This document shows positions 10,158 to 20,520 of a stretch of 64,000 nucleotides of DNA, piece after piece (position 1 is the first letter of the stretch; each line of letters starts with the position of its first letter). The translations under genes were made by a program, and so were the position numbers. This DNA comes from an uncultured Clostridium sp. GTDB lineage: Bacteria > Bacillota > Clostridia > TANB77 > CAG-508. Location of the stretch: the NCBI GenBank assembly GCA_946411515.1, contig CAMKEH010000001.1, positions 173,204 to 237,203 of the forward strand, written 5' to 3'. Below the pieces are notes generated by a model. The model saw nothing but the letters and a program-made list of their open reading frames with translations, was not told the origin of the DNA and did not search any database.

Positions 10158-12887
10158 CTATTCATCTTTAGTTCCATTTATTTTAAATAATTTAAATATT
10201 TCAACTATGACTATTGGTGCAAATATTAAGCATACTAGTTCTAATATATTTTCTGTTGGAAGTACCGGTATACTAAATATATTTCTTAGGACTGGTACAA
10301 ATAATATTACAAGCATTAAAGCTGCAGAAGCTATTGTTGCAAGTATTAGTTTACCATTGTTAAATATATTAGTTCTAAATATAGATTTTTTATTATCTCT
10401 TATATTAAATACATGTACTAATTCTGATAAAGCAAGTGTCACAAATGCCATTGTTTGACCAACTTCTATTTTTGACTCATCAAGTGATAATCCTTCTATT
10501 TGTTCATTTGTTGTGGCTAAACCTATCATAAAAGCTCCTAATGTTAAAAGTCCTATCATAATTCCTTGATATACAACTCTCCATGTCATTCCTTTTGTAA
10601 ATACTCCTTGATGCGCCTTTTTAGGTTTTCTTTCCATTATTCCTTTATTTGCTGGATCAAAAGCTAAAGCAAGAGCAGGAAGAGAATCTGTTACTAAATT
10701 TATCCATAAAATATGAATAGGTAATAATATTTCTAAATGATTTATATCTGTTATTCCAAACCAATTTGCAAATAGTGGTGTGCAAAGTGTTGCTAAAAAT
10801 AATACAATGATTTCTCCAACATTACTTGATAGTAAAAATTGAATTGCTTTTAATATATTATCATATATTCTTCTTCCTTCTTCTACTGCTGATACTATTG
10901 TTGCAAAGTTATCATCAGTTAAAATTACATCTGCTGCTTCTTTTGCAACATCAGTTCCAACTACTCCCATTGCACATCCTATATCTGCTGTTTTAAGTGC
11001 TGGGCTATCATTTACTCCATCGCCTGTCATTGCAACTATTTCTCCATTTTTTTGCCAAGCTTTTACTATTCTAACTTTGTGTTCAGGTGATACTCTTGCA
11101 TATACAGAATATTTTCTTACATTCTTTTCTAAATCTTCATCTGACATTTTTTCTAAGTCTGCACCTGTTATTGCCTCTTCTTCATTTTCTAATATTCCTA
11201 ATTTCTTGGCAATTGCAGTTGCTGTAATTTTATGGTCACCTGTTATCATTACAGTTTTTATTCCTGCTGTTTTACATTTATCTACCGCTTTTTTAGCTTC
11301 TTCTCTTGGTGGATCTATCATACCAACCATACCTATGAATATTAAATCTTTCTCTAAATCTTTAATATCTTCTTCTGTTGGTTTGTGGTCAATTTCTTTG
11401 TAACTACATGCTAATACTCTTAATGCTTCTTTTGCCATGTTTTCATTATGTTCTCTTATTACTTTTGAATATTCTTCTAAATCTTCTTTTATTTCTCCAT
11501 TTTTAATATAAGCTTTAGAAATTTTTAATAGTTCATCTACTCCACCTTTAGTATAAACTATATATTTTCCATTTGACTCATTTACTGTTGTCATTAATTT
11601 TCTATCTGAATCAAATGGTATTTCTTCTATACGTGGCATTCTATCATACACTTCAGGATCAAAATCTAATTTAAATGCCATATCTACTAATGCTGTTTCT
11701 GTTGGATCTCCTGTTAATGTTCCGTCACTAGATATTTTTGTATCATTACATAACATATTAGCATATACAAATTTCTTTATATCTTCACTAGTATCTATTT
11801 TTATATATTCACTTAAATCTTTTGTTTCTCCATTTATAAATATTTTTTCTACTGTCATTTTGTTTTGTGTTAATGTTCCTGTTTTATCTGAACATATTAC
11901 TGTTGCACTTCCTAATGTTTCAACTGCTGGTAATTTTTTTACAATAGCATTTTTCTTTACCATTTTTTGAACTCCAATTGCTAAAACTATTGTAGATACT
12001 GCAACTAATCCTTCAGGTATTGCTGCTACTGCTAAACTTACTGCTGTCATAAACATACTAATTGGATCTTTTCCTTGTATTAATCCTACTATAAATATAA
12101 ATGCACATATAGCAAGTGCTGCTATTCCTAAAGTTTTTCCTAATTTATTTAATTTCTCTTGTAATGGTGTTGTTTGTTCTTTAGTTTCATCTAACATTCC
12201 TGCTATTTTTCCAACTTCTGTTGTCATTCCTGTTTCTACAACTATTCCTTTTCCTCTACCATATGTTACTAAACTAGAAGAAAATAACATATTTATTCTA
12301 TCACCAATTCCGGTTTCTTCATTTTCTATTTTTTCAGTATTTTTTTCAACAGGCATTGATTCTCCTGTAAGAGATGCTTCTTGTGATTTTAAATTTACTG
12401 CTTCTATTATTCTTAGATCTGCTGGAATATAATCTCCTGTATCTAAAACAACAATATCTCCAGGAACTAATTCTTTAGCAGGAATTACAGTTACTTCTCC
12501 ATTTCTTATAACTTTTGCAGCATGATCTGTTAATTTTTGAAGAGCTTCTAATGATTTTTCTGCTTTTGATTCTTGACTTACCCCAATTATTGCATTTACA
12601 ATAACAACTATTAAAATAATTATTGTATCAGTTACGCCTTCTCCTTGTGCAATTCCTACTGCACCAGAAACTATTGCCGCAATAATAAGTATTATTATTG
12701 AAAAATCTTTAAATTGTTCTAAAAATTTAATAATTAAAGATTTTTTCTTTTTTGCTTTTAATTCATTTAGCCCATATTTTTCTCTTCTTTTTTCCACTTC
12801 GAGTGAGTTTAATCCATTATTAGTACTAGTTTCTAATTCTTTTTCTACATCCTCCACACTTTTACAAAACCAATTCGTTTTTTCCAT
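10158..12887 (-). CDS. Ca2+/Mn2+-translocating P-type ATPase (P2A)
   Basis: TGES, PEGL, DKTGTLT, KGG, TGD, GDGVND motifs. Confidence 0.96.
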   Translation of the reverse strand: MEKTNWFCKSVEDVEKELETSTNNGLNSLEVEKRREKYGLNELKAKKKKSLIIKFLEQFKDFSIIILIIAAIVSGAVGIAQGEGVTDTIIILIVVIVNAIIGVSQESKAEKSLEALQKLTDHAAKVIRNGEVTVIPAKELVPGDIVVLDTGDYIPADLRIIEAVNLKSQEASLTGESMPVEKNTEKIENEETGIGDRINMLFSSSLVTYGRGKGIVVETGMTTEVGKIAGMLDETKEQTTPLQEKLNKLGKTLGIAALAICAFIFIVGLIQGKDPISMFMTAVSLAVAAIPEGLVAVSTIVLAIGVQKMVKKNAIVKKLPAVETLGSATVICSDKTGTLTQNKMTVEKIFINGETKDLSEYIKIDTSEDIKKFVYANMLCNDTKISSDGTLTGDPTETALVDMAFKLDFDPEVYDRMPRIEEIPFDSDRKLMTTVNESNGKYIVYTKGGVDELLKISKAYIKNGEIKEDLEEYSKVIREHNENMAKEALRVLACSYKEIDHKPTEEDIKDLEKDLIFIGMVGMIDPPREEAKKAVDKCKTAGIKTVMITGDHKITATAIAKKLGILENEEEAITGADLEKMSDEDLEKNVRKYSVYARVSPEHKVRIVKAWQKNGEIVAMTGDGVNDSPALKTADIGCAMGVVGTDVAKEAADVILTDDNFATIVSAVEEGRRIYDNILKAIQFLLSSNVGEIIVLFLATLCTPLFANWFGITDINHLEILLPIHILWINLVTDSLPALALAFDPANKGIMERKPKKAHQGVFTKGMTWRVVYQGIMIGLLTLGAFMIGLATTNEQIEGLSLDESKIEVGQTMAFVTLALSELVHVFNIRDNKKSIFRTNIFNNGKLILATIASAALMLVILFVPVLRNIFSIPVLPTENILELVCLIFAPIVIVEIFKLFKINGTKDE

Positions 12888-12908
12888 TTTTACAACAACT
12901 CCTTAACT

Positions 12909-13027
12909 AAAAAAGACTCCTAAAAGGAACTAAATCCTTTTAAAAGTCTCGCTTACTATTTTTATAGCTTACTAACCAGATATTACTATCGCGACTGTTG
13001 ATTAGTAATTAAAAGCTACTCCCTTTT
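12909..13027 (-). promoter_or_regulatory. yybP-ykoY (Mn2+) riboswitch with intrinsic terminator
   Basis: Minus strand AAAAGGGAGTAGC...AATCAACAG...CTGGTT...GCGAGACTTTT, then a hairpin and T-tract, upstream of a P-type ATPase (a typical target). Confidence 0.82.
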
Positions 13028-13335
13028 ACAATTATTCTCTATTTATATGAGTATTATTTTATGATATTTTTATTATTTTGTCAATACATGTTTTTCTGTA
13101 TTTTTTTAATTTGATATAATTTGTACTTTTTTATTTATATACTGAACTAATAAAATACTTCCTTTTTTAGTAATATATATCATTTGCATATTTTATGATA
13201 ATGACTTTTTTACAATATCCGGTATTGCAATTTTCATTTTCTTATTTATATCAATAAATTTTATTTTAACATATTATGCTTGATTCTTATAAAAATGTTT
13301 TAATTCATCATTTAATAATCTTTAATTATTCTATA

Positions 13336-13866
13336 TTATCTCCAATTATTATTAATAAATTTAGTTAATGCCATAATAAACGCTTCTTCCGTTAAATCTA
13401 TTCTTGTCATTTTATTATTTGTTAAAAGTTGTATACCTCCGCCTTTATTATGTCTTTCATTATCTTCTTCAAATACTTTATTCATAACCTGACTTAAATC
13501 TGTATTTATAATATCTTCTATTAATTTATCTGGAACTGGAAATGAAGGACTTGTCCCATAACTTTCGAAATGATCATTATCTTCAATTACAGCTATGTTA
13601 GTTATCATCCATCTTCCAAGTAAATTATTTATTCCACTTTCAATTGATAAATATAAATCTGCTTCTATGTTATTTTCTTTAGCATATTTTTTAAGATTTT
13701 TCACTCTATTTTTAGCACCTTTATATATCTCTTCATTTACAGGTTGTTCGCTTACATCAGAAGGTACAGATATTCCTTGTATTTCTATATTTTCAAAATA
13801 ATTATCTAAAGCTCTTTTTGCTCCTTCTATTTTTCCTGGATTTTTTGTAGCAATTAATACTTTCAC
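13336..13866 (-). CDS. yjjX: Inosine/xanthosine triphosphatase (YjjX/DUF84 family)
   Basis: ATKNPGK, VPSDVSEQP, GAKNR, IESG, GGIQLLT...TRIDL. Confidence 0.85.
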   Translation of the reverse strand: MKVLIATKNPGKIEGAKRALDNYFENIEIQGISVPSDVSEQPVNEEIYKGAKNRVKNLKKYAKENNIEADLYLSIESGINNLLGRWMITNIAVIEDNDHFESYGTSPSFPVPDKLIEDIINTDLSQVMNKVFEEDNERHNKGGGIQLLTNNKMTRIDLTEEAFIMALTKFINNNWR

Positions 13867-14444
13867 TATTTATTCATCTCCTTAAAATATCTATATATAT
13901 CTCCCCAATTATTAACTTCCTTTATATATTCATTTTTTTCTAGTTTTATCATGTTTACATCTCTAAAATATAATGTCTTAACATTATTGTCTGTAAGCCT
14001 TTTTACATGTTTCCAATTATCTTCAATCATTAAATCTATATTTTCTTTTTTACAAATTTCTAACTTATCAGTTACAGACCAATAGTATTTATCAAATTCT
14101 ATATTATTTTTCCTAAACAATCTTAAAGACTCATCTTTTAATTTCTTAACTGTTTTTCCTCTTGTAGTAATTACTATAAATTCATGTTCTTCATCTTTTA
14201 ATAGTCTATATACCTCTTTAAATCCAGGCATTAATTTATTTTCTTTTGCTACTCTTAAGAAATATTTTTCTATAAACTCACTTTTTTGTTCATCTGTCCA
14301 ATCATATTTTTCTTGAAAATCTACTTGATTTCTATTTATCAAGTTATTTCCTTTTAAAGCATCTATATCATATATTTCTTCATATGTATTAAAAAGTCTT
14401 ACACTATCTATTACTACTCCATCTAAATCTATTCCAATTTTCAT
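13866..14444 (-). CDS. HAD-superfamily 5'(3')-nucleotidase-like protein
   Basis: IGIDLDGV, ITTR, K, IEDN HAD motifs. Confidence 0.8.
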   Translation of the reverse strand: MKIGIDLDGVVIDSVRLFNTYEEIYDIDALKGNNLINRNQVDFQEKYDWTDEQKSEFIEKYFLRVAKENKLMPGFKEVYRLLKDEEHEFIVITTRGKTVKKLKDESLRLFRKNNIEFDKYYWSVTDKLEICKKENIDLMIEDNWKHVKRLTDNNVKTLYFRDVNMIKLEKNEYIKEVNNWGDIYRYFKEMNK

Positions 14445-14456
14445 ATTTTACCTTCT

Positions 14457-14828
14457 TTACTTCCAAGATCTCTTTATATTATTTTCTTCTTTATCTTTCA
14501 AAGCTTTATATAAATCAATATCTAGTTTATTACATATGCTTGTAAGAACAATAAAAACATCTGCCACTTCACTTTCTATTGTATCATAATTATTGATTTT
14601 ACTATTATCTATTTTCATATCTGTAGCATTTTTTCTTATAGCTTTTGCTAGTTCTCCAACTTCTTCTAATAGCAATAGCATTGTTTTTTCTATTTCTTGC
14701 TCTTCAAATCCTCTTAGTTTTATTACGTTATTTATATATTTTTGTATTTCGTATAATGTATAAGATTCATTTAAATTATTCCACAATTCTAATTGATTAT
14801 CTATCATAGCCCTCCTCCTAGTCTTCAC
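14457..14828 (-). CDS. MazG-like nucleotide pyrophosphohydrolase
   Basis: LLEEVGELAKAIRK...EVADV motif; true start probably the internal Met near 14807. Confidence 0.85.
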   Translation of the reverse strand: MKTRRRAMIDNQLELWNNLNESYTLYEIQKYINNVIKLRGFEEQEIEKTMLLLLEEVGELAKAIRKNATDMKIDNSKINNYDTIESEVADVFIVLTSICNKLDIDLYKALKDKEENNIKRSWK

Positions 14829-15414
14829 TAATATTATTTAATATAAATTCTACTGACATATCTTGAGTATGTTTCTTCTTTCTATCTTGGCTCGTTAATT
14901 CTACAAAATATTTATTACAAATAGGATCAATTGATATAGAATCTAGTGGATATCCAGGTTTTCTAATAGATGCTGGATTTTCTACAAGAAAAAAATCATC
15001 TGTATTCCAAGTATAACTCTTTACTTTTCTTTCATTATATATAACCATACCATAACGCCATTTAGCTATAAGTTTTTCACCATTTTTTCTTACTAATGAT
15101 GTATAATGTTCAATCATTTCATCATCAGTTAATCGTTTTCCATTAACTCTTCTAACATAAGTTCCAGGTTGTTTATCTTCCGGTAGACCTTCTATAAATA
15201 ATGTATTATCCATTCCTATAGTTGTTATTCCTGTTAAATCATAATATGCTTTTGCTTTTATATAAGCATTTTCTAGAGCATCTTTTCCTGTTTCTTCTAC
15301 TTCAATCGTTTTTTCTAAATCATTAATAGTTAATAATTCTATTCCATTTTTTTCTAAAATTTCTTTATATTTTTTTACTTTCGCTGGATTTGTCGTTGCA
15401 AATAATACTTTCAT
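14818..15414 (-). CDS. Ham1/RdgB-like non-canonical NTP pyrophosphatase
   Basis: FATTNPAK, EETG..ENAYIKA, D..LFIEGL..PG. Confidence 0.82.
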   Translation of the reverse strand: MKVLFATTNPAKVKKYKEILEKNGIELLTINDLEKTIEVEETGKDALENAYIKAKAYYDLTGITTIGMDNTLFIEGLPEDKQPGTYVRRVNGKRLTDDEMIEHYTSLVRKNGEKLIAKWRYGMVIYNERKVKSYTWNTDDFFLVENPASIRKPGYPLDSISIDPICNKYFVELTSQDRKKKHTQDMSVEFILNNISED

Positions 15415-15439
15415 ATTTATCTTCCTATCTTTTTTTATA

Positions 15440-16075
15440 TTATCTTAATTCATTGTTCTTTATATATTTCCATAAACCTTCAAAATTAGTATCATCAGTA
15501 AATTTACTCTTATCGTATGAAAGCCACATATCAGACCATGTTTTATTTTCTTTATTTTTAATTTCTCTTTTTACTTTTTCTTCTCCAAATATAGGATTTG
15601 ACAATTGTTCTTGCATATCTACTGTATTTTCTTGGTCATACAGCTTGCATTGTATATCTGCTTCTAATTTATCACAATGATATGCAAATACTGCTTCTTT
15701 TGTTTTTCTTTCATCAAATTCAAGAATTAAATCTTCAATTTCTTTAGCTTTTATTGTTTGATTTAATATTTTATGAATAGCTTCATGGCCTATTTTTTTC
15801 TTTTCTTCTTCCGAAATATCAAATTGTGTAAAATCTCCTATTAAGGTTTCTTCAAGTTCATGAACAGAGAGCATTAAAATCACTTTTCTCAAGTCCAAAT
15901 CATATTTGTATTCATAATATATTCCTATTGCTAGTTGTTGTACACCGTATATGTGCTCTGCTACACTTTCAATACGCTTTCTTTTTACATTCCATTTTTT
16001 CCAACCGGTTCTAATTGTATCTTTTAATATATTACAAATTAAATAATATTTAATTACATTTTCTTCTTTACTCAT
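15440..16075 (-). CDS. HD-domain 5'-deoxynucleotidase-like protein (YfbR/HDDC2 family)
   Basis: LKDTIRTGW, ESVAEH, HELEE..IGD, DKLE. Confidence 0.85.
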   Translation of the reverse strand: MSKEENVIKYYLICNILKDTIRTGWKKWNVKRKRIESVAEHIYGVQQLAIGIYYEYKYDLDLRKVILMLSVHELEETLIGDFTQFDISEEEKKKIGHEAIHKILNQTIKAKEIEDLILEFDERKTKEAVFAYHCDKLEADIQCKLYDQENTVDMQEQLSNPIFGEEKVKREIKNKENKTWSDMWLSYDKSKFTDDTNFEGLWKYIKNNELR

Positions 16076-16694
16076 ATTTTTTCCTTCCTATCACAAATCC
16101 TATATCTAATTTATTAATTCTTTTTATCTGTTTATTTTCTAATATTTCAAAACCATTATTTTTTAAAATCTCACATATTTCTTTATTAGAATAATTAACA
16201 ACATAATAATTATAATTATTATCTAAGGGTTCTTTTTGTAATCCTTCTTTTTGACTAGTAGTAAATACTGTAAAAAATATACCATTTTTTATCAATCTAT
16301 TATTTATCTTGCTTATAACCTCGTTTATTTTTTCTTTTGGTATATGTACAAAAATAAAAGTTGCACTTATTCCATCAAATTTTTCATCAATTTCATCTAT
16401 TTTATATAAAGATTTTTTTATTATTTTGGCATTTGGTACTTTATTTTTGGTTATTTTAATCATTGATTCTGATATATCAATTCCTGTTGTTTTAAATCCT
16501 TTATTATCATAATATTTTAACAATTCTCCTGTACCGCAAGCAATATCTAATATGGAAGAATTATCATTTAAGTATCTTAAAAATTTATCTATAATATCTT
16601 TATTTTTCCAATCATCTTTTGCTTCTTCCTCATATTTAACAGCTATTGCATCATATGTTTTTTTCATTTCTTTTTCAATTTCAATATAATCCAT
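16068..16694 (-). CDS. Class I SAM-dependent methyltransferase
   Basis: ILDIACGTG, GIDIS motifs. Confidence 0.88.
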   Translation of the reverse strand: MDYIEIEKEMKKTYDAIAVKYEEEAKDDWKNKDIIDKFLRYLNDNSSILDIACGTGELLKYYDNKGFKTTGIDISESMIKITKNKVPNAKIIKKSLYKIDEIDEKFDGISATFIFVHIPKEKINEVISKINNRLIKNGIFFTVFTTSQKEGLQKEPLDNNYNYYVVNYSNKEICEILKNNGFEILENKQIKRINKLDIGFVIGRKKYE

Positions 16695-16712
16695 TTATTT
16701 CCTCCATTTAAA

Positions 16713-17051
16713 TTACAAGTCTTCTTCACTAATTAGCGGAATTATATCTATTGCTGGTTCTTCATATGGATGTACTTGTCTCAATTTATCTACTACTTTT
16801 TTTGCTATATTTATATCACATACTACTTCTAATTTTTCTTCTTCTACAAATTCTATTTTGTTTTTTGTTCCTATATATGGATTGGCACTTTCTGATGGTT
16901 TAAATGTTCCTATACACTTAGTAGACATACTACAAAACGTATAATTTCCAATCACTCCTGCTCCTTCTTCACATATTGCATTTCTTACTTCTTGAACATT
17001 TTTCATTGGTACAGTCACACATATTTTTACTTTTTTAACATCTATATTCAT
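16713..17051 (-). CDS. YqfO/NIF3-associated PII-like small protein
   Basis: GAGVIGNYTFCS, GTFKP, HPYEEPAIDI. Confidence 0.85.
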   Translation of the reverse strand: MNIDVKKVKICVTVPMKNVQEVRNAICEEGAGVIGNYTFCSMSTKCIGTFKPSESANPYIGTKNKIEFVEEEKLEVVCDINIAKKVVDKLRQVHPYEEPAIDIIPLISEEDL

Positions 17052-17074
17052 AGTTCCTCCGTAAATTTATAATT

Positions 17075-17629
17075 TTATTTATTTTCATATAATATTTTTA
17101 CTAAATTTATAATATCCCTATCATAGATTTCTTTAGATTCCTCAAAATATAAGATTTCTGATTTTAATTTTGGTAATAATTTTACTAAATCGTCTAGTCT
17201 TTGATTATTTTCTAGGCATGATTTCCATCTTCCTTTTCCTAGCCATGCTAATTTATCTGCATCTCTTACTACTAAACCTTCAATTGTTTCAGGCATCATA
17301 TTCCATTTATGTTTTTCTATCGCTTTATAGCATTTATCAATTAGAATATTATCATATCCTTCTTCAATCATCTCATCTTTCAACATTTTAGCAGATAATT
17401 TTTCGTGTCCTTCTCTTAATTTTGTTCTCCCTACATCATGCCAATAAGCACTAATAATACAAGCTTCTTTATCAATTTCTATTTTTAAAACATCTAATAA
17501 TTCTTTTGTGTAATAAACTACATCATTCATATGATTAATATCATGCTCATGATCAGTTATACTGTTCATATATTTTTTTGCCTTTAAGATAATTTCTTCA
17601 TTTTTATTTTCTATTTCTTTATAATTCAT
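17075..17629 (-). CDS. HD-domain phosphohydrolase
   Basis: HDINH, WHDVGR, HE, RDADKL. Confidence 0.85.
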   Translation of the reverse strand: MNYKEIENKNEEIILKAKKYMNSITDHEHDINHMNDVVYYTKELLDVLKIEIDKEACIISAYWHDVGRTKLREGHEKLSAKMLKDEMIEEGYDNILIDKCYKAIEKHKWNMMPETIEGLVVRDADKLAWLGKGRWKSCLENNQRLDDLVKLLPKLKSEILYFEESKEIYDRDIINLVKILYENK

Positions 17630-17637
17630 GATTTATA

Positions 17638-18186
17638 TTACCTTTCTATCATTTTACTATTATCTTTATTTTCTTCATTATTTTTATATTTTAAATAGCT
17701 AATTAACATTACTATAAAGCATATTAATTCACATATAGTACCTGTGATATTAAATGTAAAAAACATAAAAGCTGCATAAAAAGCTGATCCTATCATTCCG
17801 AAAATTCTTATGCCTTGTTCATTACACATTATTACTCCATATAAATTAAATACACCACATATTGCTACACATATTGTAGATATTCCATTAAAATTAAAGC
17901 TATACATTATAAATAGAATTATTAACATTACAATAAATGTTATTATCTTATATTTTTTATTTTTCTCATTTACAATATCTCCTAATATATTTCTTATAAT
18001 CACATAAACAGTATTTTTTATCCCATCATATGTGCCTAAAAATAAGAATGCCACTATTGCAACCACACGGCTAATATTGTCTCCTATAAGAATTTCTTTC
18101 TTTTCTTTAAAAAACCTTGATATCCAAAAAATCAGATAACTTATTAGTGTTAATATTTGTCCTAGTACAAAAAAAGTTGTAATCAT
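17638..18186 (-). CDS. YgjV-like inner membrane protein
   Basis: Multiple hydrophobic helices; G...V..IRN pattern. Confidence 0.6.
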   Translation of the reverse strand: MITTFFVLGQILTLISYLIFWISRFFKEKKEILIGDNISRVVAIVAFLFLGTYDGIKNTVYVIIRNILGDIVNEKNKKYKIITFIVMLIILFIMYSFNFNGISTICVAICGVFNLYGVIMCNEQGIRIFGMIGSAFYAAFMFFTFNITGTICELICFIVMLISYLKYKNNEENKDNSKMIER

Positions 18187-18344
18187 ATGTATCTCCCATT
18201 TTTATTTCATTTTAATACAATTTTTTATATTTCTATATGTATATAATAATACACTATTTTATTAAAGGCTCGTATATGTTTTTATATTATTCTAATGATT
18301 TTTCAACATCTATTGAATAAAATCTATAAATCACAATGTTCAAT

Positions 18345-18567
18345 TTATTTTATTATATATTTCCATCCGTGTTTGCCATACACCTGTTTTTTATAAGTCA
18401 TTTTCATTTACTTCTTCCCAAGATATGTTTTTAGTTATCACTTCAAATGCTAATTGTGGTGCTCTATGAGCAACTATTCCTACTGATTTTCCTTCAACAT
18501 TATCATATGTAGTACCATGGACAAAATATATTATTTTTATAGACGTTCTAATTTTATCTCTTTTCAT
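18345..18567 (-). pseudogene. Internally deleted histidine-phosphatase-family remnant
   Basis: IYFVHGTTYDN joined to VAHRAPQLAFEVI, with an in-frame TAA. Ends WQT-(C)GG-WKY with CGG at 18367-18369. Confidence 0.6.
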
Positions 18568-18609
18568 AAGCTATATCATTTATTTTTCAATTAAATTTTA
18601 TTGTAGTTA

Positions 18610-19368
18610 TTACAATAGATCTACTACTGTTATAACCATATAATGATCAGAAAGTAATTTTAACACACCACTTGAATATTTTTTATTTTTGCGAATAAGA
18701 ATATCATCTTGTTTTTTACCTTTAACTGTTGTTATACTATTTATTGTTCTAAAATATTTATTTGCTGTTTTATTCATTAATGACATAAAATCTTCCGCAT
18801 TAAAATCACCAGTTATGACATCCGGATTATATTTTTCGATAACATCATCAAAAAACATAAATACATTAGCATTTTCTTCTGGATTAGAATCAAACACTCC
18901 GTATGGAAAACCATGGTGAGTTAATAATTTAATTATATCATCATTTATTTTTATTTTTACAAGCATATATCCTTTATCATAGGAATAATATGTATTTCCT
19001 GATTTTGTCGTTTTAGTTAATTCTGGATTTGGAAATAATTCTTTTTTCATTACTTCAATTGGATACCTTGAAAAAACAGCTAATCCACAATTTGTATTTT
19101 TTATAATATTGCTTTCACTTAGTTCAAAAATTTCAAAATATTTTAAATTAGTTCCATCAAATAATGATTTAATGTATTGAACTCGTTCTGTTGTTATAAT
19201 TTCTTGAAAACAGATAACATCAATATCATTATTATTTATTGTTTCTATAATTTGTTTTAGCAATTTACTATCAACTGTTTCTACTGCTTTTTTATCAAGA
19301 TATTCTGTTTTATCATCAATATTATAGAAACCTCCACTTATATTATAACTAGCTATTTTTAATTTCAT
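18610..19368 (-). CDS. Endonuclease/exonuclease/phosphatase (EEP) family protein
   Basis: ASYNI, DVICFQE, GLAVFSRYP, TGDFNA, SDHY. Confidence 0.88.
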   Translation of the reverse strand: MKLKIASYNISGGFYNIDDKTEYLDKKAVETVDSKLLKQIIETINNNDIDVICFQEIITTERVQYIKSLFDGTNLKYFEIFELSESNIIKNTNCGLAVFSRYPIEVMKKELFPNPELTKTTKSGNTYYSYDKGYMLVKIKINDDIIKLLTHHGFPYGVFDSNPEENANVFMFFDDVIEKYNPDVITGDFNAEDFMSLMNKTANKYFRTINSITTVKGKKQDDILIRKNKKYSSGVLKLLSDHYMVITVVDLL

Positions 19369-19547
19369 TTATATTCACACCTCAACTTATTTCAACATTT
19401 TCATATTTTATTAGTTTTTATTGTCTATCTGGGTTATATATTAGTATTTTTTAAACATAACGACACAACACATTCAATATGAATGGTTTGTCGCATAAGA
19501 ACATACATTTATATGCTTGTATGCTACTTAGGGACATACTTGATTTT

Positions 19548-20399
19548 CTATATTTTCGCAATATAATAAAGTACTGACATTGTATAGTAAAAATTGTCAT
19601 CTTCAAATTTTTTACTCATTTTATTTAGAAGTTCTTCCATTTCTTGTTGTGCCTTATCTTCTACATTGGTTTTATTATTTGCATTTCTAAAATATATTGA
19701 TGATTTAAATAAATTTTTTCTTTCCTCTAATGACTTATTGACAGTATCTGTTACATTATAATAAAGTTGAATGTCACTATACCCTGCATCTCTTAAATAA
19801 TTATATACCTTTTTGCCAATATATCTATCTGTATACTTTGTTGTATTTTGTTTTCTCATTATTTCATTTTCATATAAATCAAATATCTTTTTTAATAGTC
19901 CCTCATCATCTGGATAACAAAACTTAAAACTATCATCTGGAACTTTTATAATTAATACACCTTTATAAGTAAGCAGCTCTTTTAATTTACTAACAATTGT
20001 CTTTGGATCTTCTAAATGTTGTAGAACATATGACAAGCAAATAATATCAAATTTTTCTTTAGCATCTAATTCATAAATATTTTTTAGTTCAAAAGTATAT
20101 CTATGATTATTAGCATATTTATTTTTTGCTTCTTCAATAGCCTTATTGTCAACATCAATTCCAACAATTTTACTAATATTTTCATACTTATCAAAAAGTA
20201 GTTCAGTTTTAAAACCATTTGAGCAACCTATATCTAGGACTTTTAAATCTTTATAATTTAATATTCCAGATTGATTTAATACAAAATCATCAAATTTTTG
20301 ATTTGCTATAGCTTGTCTTTCTAATTTTTCTAAATTCCAATTAGTGTTTTCTTCATTCATTTTTATTTCTCCTAAATATTGTTTTTTATGTTCCCACAT
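19548..20399 (-). CDS. Class I SAM-dependent methyltransferase
   Basis: VLDIGCSNG, GIDVD, FDII..SYVLQH; start probably at 20360. Confidence 0.85.
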   Translation of the reverse strand: MWEHKKQYLGEIKMNEENTNWNLEKLERQAIANQKFDDFVLNQSGILNYKDLKVLDIGCSNGFKTELLFDKYENISKIVGIDVDNKAIEEAKNKYANNHRYTFELKNIYELDAKEKFDIICLSYVLQHLEDPKTIVSKLKELLTYKGVLIIKVPDDSFKFCYPDDEGLLKKIFDLYENEIMRKQNTTKYTDRYIGKKVYNYLRDAGYSDIQLYYNVTDTVNKSLEERKNLFKSSIYFRNANNKTNVEDKAQQEMEELLNKMSKKFEDDNFYYTMSVLYYIAKI

Positions 20400-20520
20400 T
20401 CTAGGTTAAACATAATTTTTACTAAGATTTCCTTGTTTTTTGATTTTTTTACTCTATTTTTGTCTTTTTTCTTAATTTTAGATATATCTTCTTTCCTTAC
20501 AAATTCAAGTATTACAGGAT

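Noticed and set aside
13150-13245. Possible gene remnant MKIAI... with a nearby CCGG
   Set aside because: Too short and decayed, and the CGG is not in frame with the ATG, so it was not counted as a shift site
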